DNA of 64,000 bases, taken from the NCBI GenBank assembly GCA_902800025.1, contig CADCDA010000003.1, forward strand, positions 102,372-166,371, written 5' to 3'. Position numbers and translations under genes: made by a program. This DNA is from an uncultured Erysipelotrichaceae bacterium. Lineage in GTDB: Bacteria; Bacillota_I; Bacilli_A; RFN20; CAG-826. Positions 59,592 through 64,000 of the stretch are shown here, in pieces (the stretch's first letter is position 1; every line of letters starts with the position of its first letter). A model generated the notes under the pieces. It worked only from the letters and a program-made list of their open reading frames with translations, had not been told where the DNA came from and made no database searches.

Positions 59592-60368
59592 TTATTTTCT
59601 ACCCACAAAAGATTCACTTAGTTTTTTAATATAACGGTGATTCTTTTTATTTAAGATTGTCACTTTCTTATTAGAAAGAGAGAATGTGATTTCGTTCGAG
59701 TTATAGTCTTTTTTGATTAAATAATCATATCCGATAATAACATTAGTAAAATCACCTTTAAACGTTACTTTGCGTTCACTAGATAAAACAATTGGTGAAC
59801 CTAACGAAGTAAAAAGTCGATTATTAATAGGCGCAATTTCACTTAATTCCATGACATTTAAGGAAGGATCAATAACTGAGCCACCTAAAGATTTGTTATA
59901 AGCAGTGCTTCCAATTGCGGTACAAAGCATTAATCCATTGCCTCTAAAAGTTTCTAAATGTTCATCATCAATATAAACATCACTGATTAAAGTGTGGAAT
60001 GGGTTTTCAATTCTAATCTCATTAACTGCATAAATTTCTTCGTTGTTCATCTTTGCTTTCAATAAACTATACGAATTAGTGACAAAGTCACTACTACCTA
60101 ATTTAGCAAGAATTTCATCAAATTCTTCTAAAGCAAAATCAGAAAAGTAACCAAGGTTACCTTTATTAATACAAACAAAAGTAATTCTATCGAGTTTGTT
60201 CAAATATTTATGAACCGCTTTTAAGAAAGTTCCATCTCCACCAATAGAAAAGACATACTCAGGGTTTTCATCATCAATTTGATGTCCACTACTTAAAACT
60301 TTTTGAATTAAGGATTCTTCTAATTCTTTAGAGACTACTTCGTGTTTAATAAATAATCCGATTTTCAT
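59592..60368 (-). CDS. nadK: NAD kinase
   Basis: GGDGTFL and NGLMLCTAIGSTAYNKSLGGSV. The first ATG is at 60368 (MKIGLFIK). The track ORF starts at an upstream non-ATG codon. Confidence 0.85.
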   Translation of the reverse strand: MKIGLFIKHEVVSKELEESLIQKVLSSGHQIDDENPEYVFSIGGDGTFLKAVHKYLNKLDRITFVCINKGNLGYFSDFALEEFDEILAKLGSSDFVTNSYSLLKAKMNNEEIYAVNEIRIENPFHTLISDVYIDDEHLETFRGNGLMLCTAIGSTAYNKSLGGSVIDPSLNVMELSEIAPINNRLFTSLGSPIVLSSERKVTFKGDFTNVIIGYDYLIKKDYNSNEITFSLSNKKVTILNKKNHRYIKKLSESFVGRK

Positions 60369-60396
60369 AGTGAAATAATTGTAGCATAATAATGGC

Positions 60397-61002
60397 ATGA
60401 ATAATAAAGACTTTGTTAACAAAGAGTATGAAGCTCGTGTTATGGTAAATGAATCACAGTACGAACATATTCTTTCTCGTTATTCTAAAAGCTCTAAGCC
60501 GAAGGAATATATTAAGAATGTTAACGTCTACTTTGATTATGACGATTTATATCTTACTACTCACCACATTGTTTTAAGAACCAGAAATATAAGCGAAAGT
60601 GAATACGAATTAACGCTTAAAATCAAAGGCGAAAAATCCGATTTAGAATTAAACCACATTTTGACAAAAGATGAATATGAGAATATGAAGAAAAAAGTCA
60701 CTATTCCTAATTCACCTATATTAGAAAAACTTAATGAACTAAATGTCGATATTAGTAGATTAATAATGATCACCGAGCTTAGAACTGATAGACTTGAAGT
60801 TCAATATAAAAAACACCTTTTAGTAATCGATAAGAATTACTATGGAGACACTGTTGATTATAATGTTGAGGTCGAATCCTATAGCAAAAAAGCCGCAAAA
60901 AGATACTTAATGCAGCATGTTTCTCCTTTTGGAGTCGAATATAAAAATGGCTACATCCCTAAGAGTAGACGAGCCATTAATTATTTTAAGCATCAGGATT
61001 AG
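60397..61002 (+). CDS. CYTH-domain protein (CyaB/YjbK-like triphosphate tunnel metalloenzyme)
   Basis: N-terminal EYEARV (the ExExK-like CYTH signature) and about 200 aa. It is adjacent to nadK and spx, as yjbK is in B. subtilis. Confidence 0.6.
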   Translation: MNNKDFVNKEYEARVMVNESQYEHILSRYSKSSKPKEYIKNVNVYFDYDDLYLTTHHIVLRTRNISESEYELTLKIKGEKSDLELNHILTKDEYENMKKKVTIPNSPILEKLNELNVDISRLIMITELRTDRLEVQYKKHLLVIDKNYYGDTVDYNVEVESYSKKAAKRYLMQHVSPFGVEYKNGYIPKSRRAINYFKHQD

Positions 61003-61414
61003 CGTCGCAGTTTTTATAAGACGGGCAGTCTGCTTTTTTACAAGACCATTCTGCCACTCTTTTTTCGTGAGGAATAAAGACTCTAATCTCTTCTGAGTTA
61101 TAACCTATTTGCACTTTAGTGTCATCGACCATTATTGGACGCTTAAGGACACTAGGATTTTTTCTAATAAAAGCGATGAGTTCGCTAATAGTCATATTAT
61201 TAACGTCAACGCCACTCTCTTTGATAATTTTACTTCTTGTAGAAATGATATCTTCAGTGCCGTTTTCAGTCTTTGTTAAGATATCTTTAAGTTCAGCGTC
61301 GTTTAAGTCAGTAACAAAAATATTCTTCTCTTGATATGGAATTTCTTCCTTTTTGAAGAAGTCTTTTGCTTTTCTACAGGAACTACAACTTGGAGCGGTA
61401 TAAATCTTAATCAT
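60986..61414 (-). CDS. spx: Spx/ArsC-family redox-sensitive transcriptional regulator with a Cys-containing C-terminal extension
   Basis: N-terminal IKIYTAPSCSSCRKAKDFF (CxxC redox switch). 142 aa. The extra tail is …SCKKADCPSYKNCDANPDA. Confidence 0.75.
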   Translation of the reverse strand: MIKIYTAPSCSSCRKAKDFFKKEEIPYQEKNIFVTDLNDAELKDILTKTENGTEDIISTRSKIIKESGVDVNNMTISELIAFIRKNPSVLKRPIMVDDTKVQIGYNSEEIRVFIPHEKRVAEWSCKKADCPSYKNCDANPDA

Positions 61415-61502
61415 GCCACTATTATATTCATTAACAAATAATTTGTGAATGAAAATAAATCAAACTATGCTTATAATATATAAAGTCTAGTCGGAGGAGC
61501 AT

Positions 61503-62492
61503 ATGGCACAAAGAATTTTAACTGGCATTAAGCCTACAGGCCAATTAACATTAGGCAACTACATCGGTGTTCTTAAACACCTTAAAGATGAAACTGAAAG
61601 AGGAGAATGTTTCTACTTTATCGCAGATCTCCATGCTTTAACTTTGCCAATCGAGCCAGAAGTTCTTAGACAAAACTCCATCGACCTCGCATGTTTTTAT
61701 TTAGCAAGTGGATTAGATTCATCTAAAACACACTTATTCTTGCAAAGTGATGTCTCCGCTCACGCTGAACTTAATGCGATTATGCAAAATTATCTTTATA
61801 TGGGTGAGTTAAGTAGAATGACCCAATTTAAAGACAAGAGCAGCAAAATGAAAGAATCCGCTATTGGATTAGGTTTATTTGCTTACCCAGTCTTAATGGC
61901 GTGTGATATCGTCTTATATAACGCTAATATCGTTCCCGTTGGTGAAGACCAAATTCAACATGTTGAATTAACAAGAGATTTAGTCAATAGATTTAATAAC
62001 CGATATGGTGAAGTTCTTACTCTTCCTAAATACGAAATGAGAAAAGTTGGAGCGAGAATTATGTCTCTTTCTGATCCGACCAAAAAGATGAGTAAGAGTG
62101 ACCCTAAAGGAGATATCTTCCTTAAAGATGATTTAGCGGTTATCCGCAAAAAGATTATGTCCGCTGTTACTGATTCAGGCAGCGAAGTTAAATACGACGA
62201 AGATAATAAACCAGGTATCTCTAACTTATTAACAATTTATGCAGCCTTAAAAGATATCACCATTGAAGAAGCCGAAAAGAATTTTGAAGGATATCGTTAT
62301 GGCGATTTCAAAAAGGCAGTTGCCGATGTAGTTTGTGAAGAACTTGGTGCTTTCCAAGAGAAATATCGTCAAATCTTAGAAAGCAAAGCTTATGTGCAAG
62401 TCCTTAAAGACGGAGCGAAAGCCGCTAGAGAAGTTGCTAATGTAACTCTTAATAGAGTTAAAGAAGCAATTGGGCTTCTTAATATTGAGTAA
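61503..62492 (+). CDS. trpS: tryptophanyl-tRNA synthetase
   Basis: GIKPTGQLTLGNYIG (HIGH-region equivalent) and KMSKS. 329 aa. Confidence 0.9.
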   Translation: MAQRILTGIKPTGQLTLGNYIGVLKHLKDETERGECFYFIADLHALTLPIEPEVLRQNSIDLACFYLASGLDSSKTHLFLQSDVSAHAELNAIMQNYLYMGELSRMTQFKDKSSKMKESAIGLGLFAYPVLMACDIVLYNANIVPVGEDQIQHVELTRDLVNRFNNRYGEVLTLPKYEMRKVGARIMSLSDPTKKMSKSDPKGDIFLKDDLAVIRKKIMSAVTDSGSEVKYDEDNKPGISNLLTIYAALKDITIEEAEKNFEGYRYGDFKKAVADVVCEELGAFQEKYRQILESKAYVQVLKDGAKAAREVANVTLNRVKEAIGLLNIE

Positions 62493-62522
62493 AACAAAGA
62501 GCATCATCGATGCTCTTTTCAA

Positions 62523-64000
62523 TTAGATTTTTAATGCAGCTTTTAATTTTTCGTAAAGCTGATTTGGTTTGGCTTCGGCCTCTTTTAATGACGTGCCTAC
62601 TACTCCAATATAGAATTTGATTTTTGCTTCAGTGCCACTTGGACGTGCCGCGATTGTGGATCCATCTTCGTAGTAGAGTTTAATGACATCACTCTTAGGA
62701 AGATTGATAGGTTCTTCTTTCTTTCCTTCAATGGTGACTGATTTAAGATAATCACTAACTTTATATGGTTTCTTACCATCTATTTCTAAAAATGGGTTTT
62801 CTCTTAATTCATTCATGAGTTTCTTCATTGTGCTCGCTCCAGCACTTCCTTCAAATGCTATAGAGAAGCATTTATCTTCATGATAGCCAAATCTTTGGCC
62901 TAATTCTTCCCACACCATATCAAGTGTTCTTCCATGGCGATAATGATATAAAGCCATTTCAGAATACATAAGAATAGCCTGGATACCATCTTTATCTCTA
63001 GCAAATGGGGCGATTAAACATCCATAGCTCTCTTCATAACCAAATTCAAAGAATGGACCATTACCAAGCTTTTCATAATAATCAATACGGCTTCCTATAA
63101 ATTTAAATCCAGTTAAGAATTGTTCGGTCTTAATTCCATAATAGGAAGCAACCTTCTCTCCTAGAGAAGAAGTAACGACTGTGTTATACATCGCTCCATT
63201 TTTATGAAGTAATCCTCTTTCTTTTCTAACCATGAAGATGTAATCCATAAGCATTGCCGCGCTTTGATTACCAGTTAAAGTCTTATATTCTCCGTTTCTA
63301 TCGCGGAACGCTAAGCCACATCGATCTCCATCTGGGTCAGTCATCACCACTAATTGAGCTTCTAACTCTTTAGCGAGTTTAATCGGTTCGATATAACTTC
63401 TTTGATCTTCTGGATTAGGAGATAAAGTTCCAGAAAAGTCTGGATCTGGATCACATTGTTTTAAAACTGGATATACTTCGTATCCTAAGTCTTTATACAC
63501 TCTCATCGCATTGACGTAACTAGTACCATGGTTTGGAGTGAAAACAATCTTGAATCCTTTTTTATCTAAATCGTTATTTAAAACGATTGATTCACATAAT
63601 TTGACATATTCATCATCAACTTCTTTATCTAAAGTAATGATTTCTGCTGGTTTATTAACAGGAACATAATCAACTTCTAATTCATTTGGAAGCATAGAGA
63701 TGATTTGAACAAGTCTTTCAATTTTATCAGGAATTAACTGACAACCAGTTTCGTCATAAACTTTATATCCGTTATGCTCTTTTGGATTATGACTTGCAGT
63801 AATCATGATTCCGCCAATAGCATGCATATATCTAACGGCAAAAGATAATTCAGGAGTTGGTCTTAAAGAATCAAAAATATAAGTTTTAATGCCAAATTCA
63901 GATAAAACTTTTGCGCTTTGAAGAGTGAACTCTCTAGACATATGACGATTATCATGAGAAATAACTACGCCCTTTTCTTTCGCGTCAGGATATTTCTCTA
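62523..64000 (-). CDS. pgm: phosphoglucomutase/phosphomannomutase (alpha-D-phosphohexomutase). Partial: the N-terminus runs off the window end
   Basis: Active-site GIMITASHNPKEHNGYKVY. The reading frame stays open upstream of the annotated Met to position 64000 (…GVVISHDNRHMSRE…). Confidence 0.85.
   Translation of the reverse strand, partial: EKYPDAKEKGVVISHDNRHMSREFTLQSAKVLSEFGIKTYIFDSLRPTPELSFAVRYMHAIGGIMITASHNPKEHNGYKVYDETGCQLIPDKIERLVQIISMLPNELEVDYVPVNKPAEIITLDKEVDDEYVKLCESIVLNNDLDKKGFKIVFTPNHGTSYVNAMRVYKDLGYEVYPVLKQCDPDPDFSGTLSPNPEDQRSYIEPIKLAKELEAQLVVMTDPDGDRCGLAFRDRNGEYKTLTGNQSAAMLMDYIFMVRKERGLLHKNGAMYNTVVTSSLGEKVASYYGIKTEQFLTGFKFIGSRIDYYEKLGNGPFFEFGYEESYGCLIAPFARDKDGIQAILMYSEMALYHYRHGRTLDMVWEELGQRFGYHEDKCFSIAFEGSAGASTMKKLMNELRENPFLEIDGKKPYKVSDYLKSVTIEGKKEEPINLPKSDVIKLYYEDGSTIAARPSGTEAKIKFYIGVVGTSLKEAEAKPNQLYEKLKAALKI

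Noticed and set aside
61415-61502. Possible T-box leader upstream of trpS (and likewise upstream of proS)
   Set aside because: Only about 88 nt of intergenic space lies before trpS and about 12 nt before proS. That is far too short for a T-box (about 250 nt), and no T-box core (AGGGUGGNACCGCG) is seen.

Overview
This is a 64 kb segment at roughly 32 % GC with the standard genetic code (TGG encodes Trp and the ORFs are intact). The gene content looks like a Firmicutes/Mollicutes-related organism of the Acholeplasma/Erysipelotrichia type. Most of the window is tightly packed housekeeping operons. On the minus strand the order is rlmN, rsmB, priA and gmk. After an intervening rqcH-like gene on the plus strand, the minus strand carries a complete F1Fo ATP-synthase operon with a putatively PPi-dependent phosphofructokinase upstream and inorganic pyrophosphatase and trmL downstream, then addB, addA, glpK, pepP, mrp/apbC and a yigZ-like gene. 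After a short plus-strand operon (CPBP protease, TraX-like protein, trxA) the window continues with mscS, rdgB, mtaD, an archaeal-type proS, coaD, rsmD, def, RNase J, maf, nadK, spx, trpS and pgm. There are three tRNA genes: Gly-UCC and two Ser. I found no transposase, integrase, CRISPR array or rRNA. These non-routine parts deserve a second look. (1) A 371-aa unknown protein is translationally coupled (11-nt overlap) to the end of the addB-addA operon. (2) A 1.4 kb tRNA-Gly-adjacent block carries a RhuM/Doc-like (degenerate Fic motif) gene and ~400 nt of structured non-coding DNA, and is bracketed by two near-identical 19-bp palindromes. (3) A COG0523 metallochaperone GTPase carries an Asp11 run and a His10 run. 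(4) Two c-di-GMP-type signalling proteins are present: one REC-like/PAS/GGDEF and one membrane-bound degenerate GGDEF-EAL. (5) The pfp-atp-ppa gene arrangement is unusual. (6) Several membrane or zinc-ribbon proteins of unknown function are present. Every call below comes from reading motifs by eye in the supplied translations. No database search was run.
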